Source of the DNA: an uncultured bacterium
GTDB taxonomy: Bacteria > Verrucomicrobiota > Verrucomicrobiia > Verrucomicrobiales > DEV007
Length of the DNA stretch: 64,000 nt
Reading direction: 5' to 3'
Assembly (NCBI GenBank): GCA_963977015.1
Contig: CAXBMO010000020.1
Span: forward strand, 32,001 to 96,000
Shown: positions 19,343-29,549 of the stretch, one piece after another
How the letters are laid out: every line of letters starts with the position of its first letter
How positions within the stretch are numbered: the first letter of the stretch is position 1
The notes under the pieces: generated by a model
Database searches by the model: none
Told to the model about the DNA's origin: nothing
Seen by the model: only the letters and a program-made list of their open reading frames with translations
Program-made: the position numbers and the translations under genes

Positions 19343-20766
19343 AAGATCGCTCCCGGCTCGTAGGCTTCGGCATCGGGATACGCCTCACAAAGCTTCTTCA
19401 CGTTGGCCACAAATCCGTCGATCTGCGCTTTCGCGGCACCTGTCCGGGAGCGCCCGGCTTCCAGAATGCTGTTGAGATCCTCCCGCGACATTCCAATCCG
19501 CTCATCCTTCGCCAACCGCTCCACAAAATCGTTCTCGACCTGCTCACCAGATCGCAACGCTTTCACCGCAGCAACCGCGTTTTCCTTGATCGCCTCGTGG
19601 GCAACTTCGCGACCCACGCCAGACTTGACCGCCTCCATCAGAAACGTCGTCGAAAGCAGGAACGGCAGATAATGTTCGTTCTCCCGTTCGATGACCGCCG
19701 GATAGACTTCCATCTGGCCCAGCACCGTCAAAAACGTCTCCAGCAAGCCATCCATCGCGAAAAACGCGTCGGGCAACATCACCCGCCGAACGACACTGCA
19801 GGACACATCACCTTCGTTCCATTGATCGCCTGACAATCCTGCCGCCATCGTCTGATAGCCTTTCAAGATCGTGTGGAAACCGTTGATTCTCTCGCAACTG
19901 CGGCTGTTCATCTTGTGCGGCATCGCGGAAGAGCCGACCTGGCCTTTCGCAAACCCTTCGCTTGCCGTCTCGTGACCGGCCATCAGGCGAAGCGTCTTGG
20001 CAAAGCTGCTCGGTCCCGACGCGAGTTCGACCAACGTGCTCACCACGCGTCCGTCGAGGCTGCGGGGATAAACCTGACCGACTGCCGAGTAGGTTTGGGG
20101 GATTCCCAAGTGATGGACGACTTTCTCCTCCAGACTCGACGCCCGTCCAGCATCGCCTTCAACCAGGCTGAGTTGATCGAGCTGCGTCCCGACCGCACCC
20201 TTCAACCCTCGCGCCGGATACGTTGCAAGAATGTGGCGAAGTTGCTCAAAGCTGGAGAAAAACTCTTCGCCAAACATGGCGATCCGTTTCCCGAACGTTG
20301 TCAATTGCGCTGCAACATTGTGGGTCCGCGCCGTGATGATGATCTCGGCAAATTCGTCCGCGCGGCGCGCCAAAGCCGCCAGCGTTGCCGCTGACTTCCT
20401 CTCGATGACCTGAAGCGCCCGAAAAACCTGCAACTGCTCGACGTTCTCCGTCAAATCGCGGCTCGTCATGCCTTTGTGAATGTGCTCGCAGCCTGCCAGA
20501 TCACAAAACTCCTCGATCCTGGCTTTCACATCATGCCGCGTCACTCGCTCGCGCTTCATGATGGAATCGAGATCGACCGTGTCCTTCACCTTCTCGTAAG
20601 CCGCAATCGCTTCGGCGGGAACTTCGATTCCCAAATCCTGCTGTGCCTTCATCACGGCAATCCATAACTCACGCTCCAGAACGACTTTACCTTCGGGCGA
20701 CCAAATTTGACGCATCGCTGGGGATGCATAGCGTTCCGCGAGAACGTTGGGGACAGATGATGACAT
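19339..20766 (-). CDS. purB: Adenylosuccinate lyase
   Basis: NVLAERYAS; RHDVKARIEEF; ARTH; fumarate-lyase signature GSSAMPHKMN. Start at ATG 20766. Confidence 0.96.
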   Translation of the reverse strand: MSSSVPNVLAERYASPAMRQIWSPEGKVVLERELWIAVMKAQQDLGIEVPAEAIAAYEKVKDTVDLDSIMKRERVTRHDVKARIEEFCDLAGCEHIHKGMTSRDLTENVEQLQVFRALQVIERKSAATLAALARRADEFAEIIITARTHNVAAQLTTFGKRIAMFGEEFFSSFEQLRHILATYPARGLKGAVGTQLDQLSLVEGDAGRASSLEEKVVHHLGIPQTYSAVGQVYPRSLDGRVVSTLVELASGPSSFAKTLRLMAGHETASEGFAKGQVGSSAMPHKMNSRSCERINGFHTILKGYQTMAAGLSGDQWNEGDVSCSVVRRVMLPDAFFAMDGLLETFLTVLGQMEVYPAVIERENEHYLPFLLSTTFLMEAVKSGVGREVAHEAIKENAVAAVKALRSGEQVENDFVERLAKDERIGMSREDLNSILEAGRSRTGAAKAQIDGFVANVKKLCEAYPDAEAYEPGAIL

Positions 20767-20898
20767 GGCGCCACTTGAGCCAAGAAAAGGGCGATGTAAA
20801 CCCACGATCGACCTGGCATAATCCACGATAAACGATTGGACGCGCTGCCCCTCACGTCCAAGAATCAGCATGGGCATCCCCTGTCCGGAAAAATTACC

Positions 20899-21693
20899 AT
20901 GACCGTCGCGGATCAACTCTTCACGGATGCAGCGAACTTGTCTGTCATTTTGCTCGGCATCGCCTTGCTGACAGGACAATTGTTTCGGCGGAAATTCGCG
21001 TTCCAGGAGGCAGCACCACTCGGAAACGTCTCCGTTGAGGAATACCGCGCGCCCGAGTTGCTGATCGCTCTTGGCATGATCGTAATTTTCTACATCAAGG
21101 GAACCACCGCGTTCTCGGCCTCCTGGCTAACGCTTCTCGCTCCCATCCTGGTCCTGATTCATCTCGGGCCCATTCGAAGTTTGCCACTCCTCGAGCATTT
21201 TGGCCTGGACCGGAAGCTCGACCGCCCCTTTCTGGTTCGCAGAATATTGCCGATGTTTGGAATCGTGACGGCCGTCACACTGTTGACGATGTACCTTTGG
21301 CAACTGTGGCTCACGGATCTTGTTGGCGAACTCCCGGCCCAACCTGGTATTCAGATGCTCCGCGACAATCCAAAAAATGTCGGCATCTGGCTCGCCCTTT
21401 TCATCCAGGCCTGCATTTTTGCCCCGATTGCGGAGGAGGTCCTTTTCCGCGGTTTCCTATATCCGGTGTTGAAGCGCTTTGTTCAACCGTTTGCCGCGGC
21501 GGTCGTCGTCGCGGGAATTTTCGCGATCGCCCATCCCGTCAATGCCGCATCCCTCGCGCCACTCTTCGTTCTCGGCATCCTCCTCGTAATTTGCTATGAA
21601 TGGACCGGGACGCTTTGGGCTCCCATTCTGGTTCATTTCGGCTTCAACGCTTTCAATCTGGTCTACACCTTTGCTTCCGTGAATGCAGGATGA
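20899..21693 (+). CDS. CPBP (CAAX/Abi) intramembrane metalloprotease
   Basis: APIAEEVLFRG; FAIAH; HFGFN. Confidence 0.92.
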   Translation: MTVADQLFTDAANLSVILLGIALLTGQLFRRKFAFQEAAPLGNVSVEEYRAPELLIALGMIVIFYIKGTTAFSASWLTLLAPILVLIHLGPIRSLPLLEHFGLDRKLDRPFLVRRILPMFGIVTAVTLLTMYLWQLWLTDLVGELPAQPGIQMLRDNPKNVGIWLALFIQACIFAPIAEEVLFRGFLYPVLKRFVQPFAAAVVVAGIFAIAHPVNAASLAPLFVLGILLVICYEWTGTLWAPILVHFGFNAFNLVYTFASVNAG

Positions 21694-22606
21694 ACGTCCA
21701 AGTGAGGAAACCCTGAAACAAGCGGGCGAAAACGCGATCATCGAGCACCTGACGAAGCATCTGCACTACGGGGACGATGTCGTCGCCGGCCCGGGCGATG
21801 ACTGCGCGGTGATTCAACAAAGTGAAGATCGATTCCAGCTTCTGAAGACCGACAGCGTGATCGAGCAAGTTCACTTTCTTCCAAATTCGGATCCTGAGAA
21901 AATCGGTTGGAAAGCAGCGGCGCGCGTTGTCAGCGATTTTGCGGCGATGGGAGGCGGCCAACCGCAAAACGCCTTGATCACCCTGATCAGCCCCGGCGAC
22001 CGTCGGCTCGACTGGGCTCGAAACATCTATCGCGGTCTCGAGCGATGTGCCCAGCAATTCGAATTCTCGATTGTCGGTGGCGAAACGTCTCAATCGCCGG
22101 CCGAAGCACCCATCGCCATCATCACCGTGGCCATGAGCGGCGAGATCGAGAACAAGCGTTGCGTGTTTCGCTCCGGAGCACGAATCGGCGATGCGATTTA
22201 CGTGACCGGACGGCTGGGCGGCTCGATTTCCGGCAAGCATCTCCAGTTCATACCACGCCTGCGGGAAGCGGGTTGGCTGACCAGGCAATTTTCCGGCGCC
22301 ATTCATGCGATGATGGATCTGAGCGATGGTCTCGCCAAAGATCTCCCGCGCTTGGCGACGGCGAGTAAAGTCGGGTTCCGGATCGACCGCGATCAGATTC
22401 CCTGCAACGAACACTGTACGGTCGAACAAGCTTTGCGGGATGGAGAGGACTACGAGCTTCTGTTTACCGCCGATCCTGACGCGAATTTGGAGACCGACTG
22501 GAAGAATGAATTTCCCGATCTCCCTCTTACTCAGATCGGTAGGATTACCGACTCCTCAGAATCCGAGAACCTGACCGGCGGATGGGACCCTTTCGAAAAG
22601 GACTGA
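21683..22606 (+). CDS. thiL: Thiamine-monophosphate kinase
   Basis: GPGDDCA; VSDFAAMGG; VGGET; MMDLSDGL; GEDYELLF. Confidence 0.96.
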   Translation: MQDERPSEETLKQAGENAIIEHLTKHLHYGDDVVAGPGDDCAVIQQSEDRFQLLKTDSVIEQVHFLPNSDPEKIGWKAAARVVSDFAAMGGGQPQNALITLISPGDRRLDWARNIYRGLERCAQQFEFSIVGGETSQSPAEAPIAIITVAMSGEIENKRCVFRSGARIGDAIYVTGRLGGSISGKHLQFIPRLREAGWLTRQFSGAIHAMMDLSDGLAKDLPRLATASKVGFRIDRDQIPCNEHCTVEQALRDGEDYELLFTADPDANLETDWKNEFPDLPLTQIGRITDSSESENLTGGWDPFEKD

Positions 22607-22616
22607 GCAAGAGGCG

Positions 22617-22645
22617 TTGACAGCGTCACACAGACTGATCATTCT
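22617..22645 (+). promoter_or_regulatory. Putative sigma70 promoter TTGACA-N17-CATTCT for the response regulator gene
   Basis: Perfect -35 box and 17-nt spacer, 24 nt upstream of ATG 22670. Confidence 0.6.
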
Positions 22646-22669
22646 AGGGGCGAATCCGACCGAAACACG

Positions 22670-23116
22670 ATGGAAACGCCAGATCCTGCATCATCAGCCA
22701 AACCGCGAGTGCTCCTCGTTGATGACGAACCGAGTTTTACGCAACTGATGAAGGCCAACCTGGAGCGAATCTCCAATTTTGCCGTCGCCTGTGTCAACGA
22801 CTCCACCAAGGTTCTTACCATCTGTCAGGAATGGAAACCGGACGTGGTCGTCCTTGATGAAATGATGCCGGAAATCAACGGCTACGAGATTTTCAAGACG
22901 ATTCGCAATTCGGAGGTGCTTCCCAACATCCGCATCATCATGCTCTCGGCCTGTTACCGGCCACACGATCTGGAGAACGAGTTGAAGGGAAACCACGATC
23001 ACATGAAGTTTTCGAAACCGATCAAAGCCCGGGAACTCGTTCAGGCAATCACCGTGGAACTGGAGCGCGCAAAGAAGGAACGCCAAACTTCAGGACCTCC
23101 GGATTCCAAGCCTTAG
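22670..23116 (+). CDS. Single-domain response regulator (CheY-like)
   Basis: VLLVDDE; VVLDEMMPEING; IIMLS; KP. Confidence 0.92.
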   Translation: METPDPASSAKPRVLLVDDEPSFTQLMKANLERISNFAVACVNDSTKVLTICQEWKPDVVVLDEMMPEINGYEIFKTIRNSEVLPNIRIIMLSACYRPHDLENELKGNHDHMKFSKPIKARELVQAITVELERAKKERQTSGPPDSKP

Positions 23117-23142
23117 GCTGGTCCTCGATCAATGCACTCTGA

Positions 23143-23721
23143 ATGATCGACGATCTCTTCAGCACCTTACGACGTCGTTACCATCTGCGGCACTGGACCT
23201 GGCAAGGTGCCAAATTCCCACCCTGTCCCGAATGGTTGGAGAATGACGACCTGAAGGTCTTTTTCACCCGCGGCCCAAAGGTTCTCCGCAATGGTCAACT
23301 GACCTGGGGCATTGTCGTCCTCGCCGATCGCCATCTGCATGATCCCAAGGACCCGCGAGATGGCGTTGCCGAGATGCTCTATGCAACGCGCGGAGGCGCA
23401 GCAACGTCCATCGAGCACCTGCTCGGAGTTCGAGCCCGACTCCAGGAACTCGCCGGCAACAGCGAACCGGAAACGGACCCTTCGCACAGTTCCGAACGCA
23501 TGTTCGGCGAGGTTTTGCCGGATTGGATCGCCCAGGGAACGCCTTGTGCCGTCAGCACCACTTACGTCATTCGAAACCATTTGCCGGGTCGTCGCCTCGC
23601 CGACTACGTCGTTCCGATTCTCATGAGCCAGAACGACCCCAAAGTCGTGGCGATTCTCCCCGTGTATTTTTGGCCGAAGTATTTTGTCGCTCAGTGGCTG
23701 AATCTTCCCCGGGGGAGCTGA
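23143..23721 (+). CDS. Hypothetical protein
   Basis: 192-aa ORF filling the gap, co-oriented with its neighbours; no motif recognised. Confidence 0.65.
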   Translation: MIDDLFSTLRRRYHLRHWTWQGAKFPPCPEWLENDDLKVFFTRGPKVLRNGQLTWGIVVLADRHLHDPKDPRDGVAEMLYATRGGAATSIEHLLGVRARLQELAGNSEPETDPSHSSERMFGEVLPDWIAQGTPCAVSTTYVIRNHLPGRRLADYVVPILMSQNDPKVVAILPVYFWPKYFVAQWLNLPRGS

Positions 23722-23780
23722 AAAGAGTTTTTTGCCGGATTTTGATCAAAGTAAGGCGTTGTCGGTCTGAGATCTGCAAC

Positions 23781-26102
23781 GTGACATGGCGACTCCAGCT
23801 CCTCTTTGTTTTAATTCTCGCGCCAGCGGTTCGTGCGGCTGAGGATTCCCCGCCAATCTGGCCGTTTTTCGAAAACCACTGCGTCGAATGCCACGACGAT
23901 TCCACTGCCAAGGGCGGGCTTGATTTGTATGAAGCCATTGAGAACACCATCGCCGGGAAGAAATCGGTTCAACGATGGACGGAGATTTTTGACCGCGTCG
24001 ATCACGATGAAATGCCGCCCCCCAAGAAGCCTCGTCCCGCTGCCGAGGAGAAAGCCGCGTTCCTCGATTGGATCCGTCCACGGCTGATTCAGGCCGACGC
24101 CACCGAGCGCGAAGTCGTTCACCGGAGACTCAATCGCGAAGAATACGAAAACACGGTTCGCGATCTGTTGGGGATCGAAACGGACCTGAAAGAATTGCTG
24201 CCGGAAGACCAATCGGCGTTTGGGTTCGACAACAATGGCGGGGCGCTCGCCATTTCCGCCGAGTTGATTGAGCGCTATCTGGAAGCCGCGCGGAGAGCGA
24301 TCGACGCGACACTTTATGAGGGGCCTCAACCCGAGGTTGAAACGTTTACCGCCAGTTCTCTCAAAGAAGTGACTCCATATCTCGGCGGCCATTTTGCAAG
24401 GATCGACGATCACATTTTCCGGTTCATGCGAACGCGCGGCAACTACAGCAAGATCTCCAGCCGAAGCCGGCGCACCACTCACGCCGGTCGTTACCGGGTT
24501 CGCTTTTCGGCGCGAACCGTCAACTCGCCAACGCCCATCACCTTTTCCGCTGTCGCCCTCAACCACCAAGGCATTGGCGGAAAGTCGGAAACGGTCGGCT
24601 ACTTCGAAGCGAGCGAGAAACCAACGTTCTTCGAGTTTGAAGTGAACGTCGAAAAGGGCTCTTACGTTCAGATCTTCTCCCACGATTTGCCCGTCTGGGT
24701 GAAGAACCCCTCGATCGACGAACATGCCGCCGTCGGCATCGGTCCCTTTGCGTGGACCGGCCCGCTCTATGAAAGTTGGCCGCCTCCGTCCCATCAGAAT
24801 CTCCTCGGCGACTGTGATCTCGAAACGGGAACGCTTGAGGACGCCGAAACGGTCTTTCGGAAGTTTCTTCCGAGAGCCTTCCGAAGACCCGTCACCGAAG
24901 CAGAAATTGCCCGACCCGTCGCGCTCGTAAAAAAGGCGATCGATGCGGGACGCCCTTTTTCCGAGAGTCTCCGCGTGGGACTCGAAAGCATTCTTTGCTC
25001 GCCGAATCTTCTCTTCCTCCGCGAAACGAGCCACGAACAAGATCGAATCTCTGATTACGAGTTAGCCTCGCGACTGTCCTACTTTCTTTGGAACTCCACT
25101 CCCGACCAGGTCCTCCTCGATCACGCCGCCAACGGAGAACTCAGCAATCCTACTCACCTCAGCCAGGAAGTTGAGCGCATGCTCAACCACCCCAAGAGCG
25201 ACCGGTTTGTCGAAAACTTCACCGGGCAATGGCTCAAACTCCGCGAGATCAATGCGACGACGCCGGACGGCAAGCTCTACAAGGAATTCGATGAGGTGTT
25301 GCAAGTCAGCATGATCGCGGAATCCCAGGCTTTCTTCGATCATCTCCTGACCGAGAACCTTCCGCTAACGAACTTCCTGGATTCGGATTTCGCGATGTTG
25401 AATCGCCGTCTCGCCAATCACTACGGGATCGACGGCGTTGAAGGTTTTGCGATGCAACCGGTTGCCTTGCCGCCCGGTCACGTTCGCGGCGGAGTCCTGA
25501 CCCAAGGGGCCGTTCTCAAAGTGACCGCCAACGGGACCAACACCTCACCCGTGATGCGCGGTGTCTGGGTTTTGGAGAACGTGTTGGGAAAACACATCCC
25601 TCCTCCCCCGCCGAACATCGAAGGAATCGAGCCCGACATCCGCGAAGCCACCACAATTCGGGAGAAACTGGATTTGCACCGGAATTCGGAAAGCTGCGCC
25701 AGTTGCCATCAATACATCGACCCACCGGGTTTCGCCCTCGAAAGCTTCGATCCGATTGGCAGCTACCGCGAAAACTATCTCCAGTTCAAAGTGAATCCCA
25801 AATTCGCGGACAAAGGTTGGGGATCCGTGGTCAAGGCAAAGCCCGTTGATGCATCGGGCCAGTTTGCGACCGGCGAGGCTTTTGCAACGTTTCAAGAATT
25901 CCGGGCGCTCCTTCTCGAGGATTCCGAAACCTTCGCCGCCTGCCTGACCGATCGACTGGCGACCTATGCGCTCGGTCGCGAGATGGGCTTTTCCGACCGC
26001 GAAGCGCTTCATTCCATCGTCTCCAAAACCCGGGCAGAAGGAAACGGCTTTCGCACCTTGATTCACAACCTCATTTCCAGCCCCCTCTTCTCCCAACCAT
26101 GA
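23781..26102 (+). CDS. DUF1592/DUF1588/DUF1585 (PSD/PSCyt) domain protein with cytochrome c motifs
   Basis: CVECH; RRLNREEYENTVRDLLG; ELASRLSYFLWNS; TSPVMRGVW; CASCH. GTG 23781 gives a signal peptide. Confidence 0.92.
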   Translation: MTWRLQLLFVLILAPAVRAAEDSPPIWPFFENHCVECHDDSTAKGGLDLYEAIENTIAGKKSVQRWTEIFDRVDHDEMPPPKKPRPAAEEKAAFLDWIRPRLIQADATEREVVHRRLNREEYENTVRDLLGIETDLKELLPEDQSAFGFDNNGGALAISAELIERYLEAARRAIDATLYEGPQPEVETFTASSLKEVTPYLGGHFARIDDHIFRFMRTRGNYSKISSRSRRTTHAGRYRVRFSARTVNSPTPITFSAVALNHQGIGGKSETVGYFEASEKPTFFEFEVNVEKGSYVQIFSHDLPVWVKNPSIDEHAAVGIGPFAWTGPLYESWPPPSHQNLLGDCDLETGTLEDAETVFRKFLPRAFRRPVTEAEIARPVALVKKAIDAGRPFSESLRVGLESILCSPNLLFLRETSHEQDRISDYELASRLSYFLWNSTPDQVLLDHAANGELSNPTHLSQEVERMLNHPKSDRFVENFTGQWLKLREINATTPDGKLYKEFDEVLQVSMIAESQAFFDHLLTENLPLTNFLDSDFAMLNRRLANHYGIDGVEGFAMQPVALPPGHVRGGVLTQGAVLKVTANGTNTSPVMRGVWVLENVLGKHIPPPPPNIEGIEPDIREATTIREKLDLHRNSESCASCHQYIDPPGFALESFDPIGSYRENYLQFKVNPKFADKGWGSVVKAKPVDASGQFATGEAFATFQEFRALLLEDSETFAACLTDRLATYALGREMGFSDREALHSIVSKTRAEGNGFRTLIHNLISSPLFSQP

Positions 26103-27340
26103 AGTCTCTGAATCGTCGTCGCTTTTTGCGCGGAGTCGGCGTCTCTCTCGCCCTTCCGATCCTCGAATCCCGCGGTGCCGGCGTGAAGCCGGGTTCCGGC
26201 CCCATCAATCGCTTCGTCGCGATCAATGTTCCGCTCGGTTTTCATCCGCCACGTTTTTTCCCGACCACAGCCGGTCGCGACTACGAGACCAGCGAATATC
26301 TGAAGGCTGCCGATCATCTTCGCAACGATTTCACGATCATTTCCGGAACCAGTCACCCCGGGGTTGATGGTGGACACAGCGCGGAAAAATCTTTCCTCAC
26401 CGCCGCACCTCATCCAGGCGAGCGCGGGTTCAAAAACACGATTTCCGTCGATCAGGTCATCGCCAAGCAGATTGGCGATTCGACCCGCTACGCATCACTC
26501 GCCACCGGCGACCGCAGCTTATCATGGACCGCCAACGGCGTCTCCATCCCCCAGATCCAATCACCCGCCCAACTCTTCAACGATCTCTTCCTGTCCGGCA
26601 ACGCCAACGAAGTCGAGCAACGCCGCAGGCAACTCTCGGACGGTCATAGCATCATCGATTCCGTTCTGGACGAGGCGAAGGCCATGCAACGGGAAATCAG
26701 TCGCGCGGATCAGGAGAAAATGGATCAGTTTTTCACCGCAGTTCGCGAAACCGAAAATCGGCTGACGAAAGCGGACCGCTGGCTCGACACGCCCAAGCCA
26801 AAGGTCGAGGCGAAGCAACCTGACGACTATCGGTCCGTCGATATCGAGCAATGGACGCGTTCCCATTTTGAGGTCAATCGACTCGCTTTGATGACGGACT
26901 CGACGCGGGTCATCAGCTTTGGCGCGGCCGGTCATGGAAGTGTCGTTCCGCTGCCGGGCGTCACCATGGGATACCACGGGCTTTCCCACCATGGGAAGAA
27001 CCCGGACATGCTCCGCCAACTCGGAATCATCGAACATGCGATGATCAAAGTCTGGGCCGAGTTCATTGAGAACCTCAAAGACACGCCTGATGGCGATGGA
27101 ACCCTGCTCGACCACACCCAGGTGCTGTTGGGAAGTAATCTCGGCAACGCGAGCGGTCACCTCACGACCAACCTACCCGTGATTCTCGCCGGAGGCGGTT
27201 ACCAACATGGTCAGCACCTCGCCTTCGATGGAAAGGACAACTATCCGCTTCCCAATCTCTTCGTCAGCATCATGCAACGACTCGGGCTCGAAGCGGATCG
27301 CTTCGCCTCAAGCACGGGAACAATGACCGGCCTGGCGTGA
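26099..27340 (+). CDS. DUF1552 domain-containing protein
   Basis: NRRRFLRGVGVSLALP; YHGLSHHG; NLPVILAGG; ATGA overlap with the DUF1592 gene. Confidence 0.92.
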   Translation: MKSLNRRRFLRGVGVSLALPILESRGAGVKPGSGPINRFVAINVPLGFHPPRFFPTTAGRDYETSEYLKAADHLRNDFTIISGTSHPGVDGGHSAEKSFLTAAPHPGERGFKNTISVDQVIAKQIGDSTRYASLATGDRSLSWTANGVSIPQIQSPAQLFNDLFLSGNANEVEQRRRQLSDGHSIIDSVLDEAKAMQREISRADQEKMDQFFTAVRETENRLTKADRWLDTPKPKVEAKQPDDYRSVDIEQWTRSHFEVNRLALMTDSTRVISFGAAGHGSVVPLPGVTMGYHGLSHHGKNPDMLRQLGIIEHAMIKVWAEFIENLKDTPDGDGTLLDHTQVLLGSNLGNASGHLTTNLPVILAGGGYQHGQHLAFDGKDNYPLPNLFVSIMQRLGLEADRFASSTGTMTGLA

Positions 27341-27353
27341 TCCGCCTTCCCTG

Positions 27354-28742
27354 TTAATCGCGACGTGACCGCACCTGGAAATCGATCGGCAGCCCCGAAA
27401 GATCGAGCGCATCGCGCAGGGTGTTCTCGAGATAACGTTCGTAGGTTCGCGTGAGCAATTCCGCGTGGTTCACGAACAGAAGGAAACTCGGTGGAGAGAT
27501 GGCACGGGGGCGGTCGCTCCGTTTCGTGGTCGCATAAAGCAGATTGAGCCTGCGATTTTTGCGAACCGGAGCCGGATTTTTCTCGATCGCGTTTTTGAGC
27601 GTCCGGTTCAGTTCGCCGGTTCCGATGTGAGCCGACGAAGCGCGGCAAACCTGTTCGATCCCCCCGAAAATCTTGTTGAGGTATTGGCCTTTCTTCGCTG
27701 AAACAAACACGAGTGGCGCGTAATGGAGGAAAAACAATTCGGTCTCGACATGCTCCCGAAGTTCCTCGAGTCGCGCACTCTTGCTCCCGTCCGGATGATA
27801 GAGATCAAACTTGTTGAGAATGACGATACAGGGCTTGTGGTCTTCCAGGATCTTGCGGGCGATCTTGCGATCCATCGCCGTGACGCCGGTCGAAGCGTCG
27901 ATCACGAGGAGACATAAGTCGGCGCGCCGAATGCTACGTTCACTGCGCATCACACTGAAAATCTCGACCGAACTATCCTGCTTGGTGCGTCGGCGAATTC
28001 CGGCGGTGTCGATCAAGTTATAGTGGGTTCCGCCACGCTCGTAGGGGATATCGACCGAATCGCGTGTCGTTCCCGCGACGTCACTGACGATGGTCCGCTC
28101 GTCATTGAGAATCGCATTGATCAAACTGGATTTGCCGACGTTCGGGCGACCGACCATGGCAATGGATACCGGCGGGATCTCCTCATCTTTTTCCTCGGAA
28201 TCCTCAACAGTTTCCGGCTTCCCAAATTGCTCGATCAGCTGCTGACCCAGATGCCGAATCAGCCCGTCCATGTTGCGACCGTGCTCCGCACTCACCGCGA
28301 ACGGTTGGTCGAAACCGAGCCCGGCAAAATCCGTCACCGCGTTTTCGTGCTTCCGGTCATCGACCTTGTTGACGGCGAGCACGACCTCCACATGTGCCTT
28401 GCGAAGCACCTTCGCCAAATCGGAATCGACCGGGTGAATCCCGCTTTGGCCGTCGACGACGAAGAGAATCAAGTCGGCCGAATGAATCGCAATATCCGCC
28501 TCGGCGCGAACCTGCTCGCCAAATCCATCATCCAAAATCGCGCCAATTCCGCCGGTATCGATGACCTCGAACGGAATGGGTGACTTGGTGCACTCCGCGG
28601 TAATGCGATCGCGAGTCACGCCCGGCTGATCGTGAACGATGGCGATGCGTCTCCCGGCAAGCCGATTAAAAATCGCCGATTTGCCGACATTGGGACGGCC
28701 GACGATGGCGACGATGGGCTTTTTGATTTGGGAAGCAGACAT
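27354..28742 (-). CDS. der: Ribosome biogenesis GTPase Der (EngA)
   Basis: Two GRPNVGKS P-loops; DTGG/DTAG; NKVD/NKFD; YERYLEN. Confidence 0.97.
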   Translation of the reverse strand: MSASQIKKPIVAIVGRPNVGKSAIFNRLAGRRIAIVHDQPGVTRDRITAECTKSPIPFEVIDTGGIGAILDDGFGEQVRAEADIAIHSADLILFVVDGQSGIHPVDSDLAKVLRKAHVEVVLAVNKVDDRKHENAVTDFAGLGFDQPFAVSAEHGRNMDGLIRHLGQQLIEQFGKPETVEDSEEKDEEIPPVSIAMVGRPNVGKSSLINAILNDERTIVSDVAGTTRDSVDIPYERGGTHYNLIDTAGIRRRTKQDSSVEIFSVMRSERSIRRADLCLLVIDASTGVTAMDRKIARKILEDHKPCIVILNKFDLYHPDGSKSARLEELREHVETELFFLHYAPLVFVSAKKGQYLNKIFGGIEQVCRASSAHIGTGELNRTLKNAIEKNPAPVRKNRRLNLLYATTKRSDRPRAISPPSFLLFVNHAELLTRTYERYLENTLRDALDLSGLPIDFQVRSRRD

Positions 28743-28895
28743 GGCAACGAGAGGAAACCCACACAAACGCGGCATTCGGCAAAATCTCAATCAATCATTC
28801 ATGCGTTCTGAATTCAGCGGGCATTGATTTTGGCCGTTCATCTTGCGCGCGGCGTGAACGCGAGCAGATTTACGATAAACCTCACCGCTCCGAGA

Positions 28896-29375
28896 ATGTC
28901 CAAGAAACCCACCGTTGGCGAACCCGCCCCACCGTTCACCGCGCCAGTCGTTGGTGGCGAATACGGCGATGACGCGACGCTGAGCCTCGCCGATTTGGCC
29001 GGAGAGACCGTTGTGCTCTATTTTTATCCCAGAGACAACACGCCCGGTTGCACGATCCAGGCCTGCGGGCTGCGCGACAATTGGGAGGCGGTCTCGGCCA
29101 AAGCGAAAGTCTTTGGCGTCAGCACGGACAGCATTGAGAGCCACAAAGCCTTCATCGAACGCAAAAAACTCCCGTTCCCCCTCATCAGCGACACCGAAAA
29201 GGTGGTGGTTCGCGCCTACGGAGTCTGGTCGGACAAAAGCCTGCTGGGAAGATTGGGTTTGGGGACCGAACGCGCGACCTTCATCATCGCGCCCGATCAA
29301 ACCATCAAAGCCGCCTTTCCCAAAGTCGGTCCGGTCGGTCACGTTGCGAAAATTCTGGCCGCGATCGAAGCCTAG
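28896..29375 (+). CDS. bcp: Peroxiredoxin Bcp/PrxQ
   Basis: LYFYPRDNTPGCTIQAC; ERATFII. Confidence 0.93.
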   Translation: MSKKPTVGEPAPPFTAPVVGGEYGDDATLSLADLAGETVVLYFYPRDNTPGCTIQACGLRDNWEAVSAKAKVFGVSTDSIESHKAFIERKKLPFPLISDTEKVVVRAYGVWSDKSLLGRLGLGTERATFIIAPDQTIKAAFPKVGPVGHVAKILAAIEA

Positions 29376-29549
29376 CCGGTTTTCCGTGAGTCAATCGGCT
29401 CCTTGTCGTGCTTGCTCAGCGCTGGAAGCAGCGATTCTTTGCTTGCGCCTCGAGGGTTGGGTGCTCTGCTAGGGTAAATAATTTGGCAGTATTGATTGTT
29501 CGATGATGCCAGATTTTCAACCTTCACGGCATCCCTCCAACCAACCTCG

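Noticed and set aside
17795-19363. 522-aa plus-strand ORF, and similar long antisense ORFs at 37920-40043, 40128-41579, 61798-63417 and 31275-32642
   Set aside because: Each mirrors a motif-bearing or repeat-bearing gene on the other strand. This is expected from codon bias in GC-rich DNA, and none shows motifs of its own.
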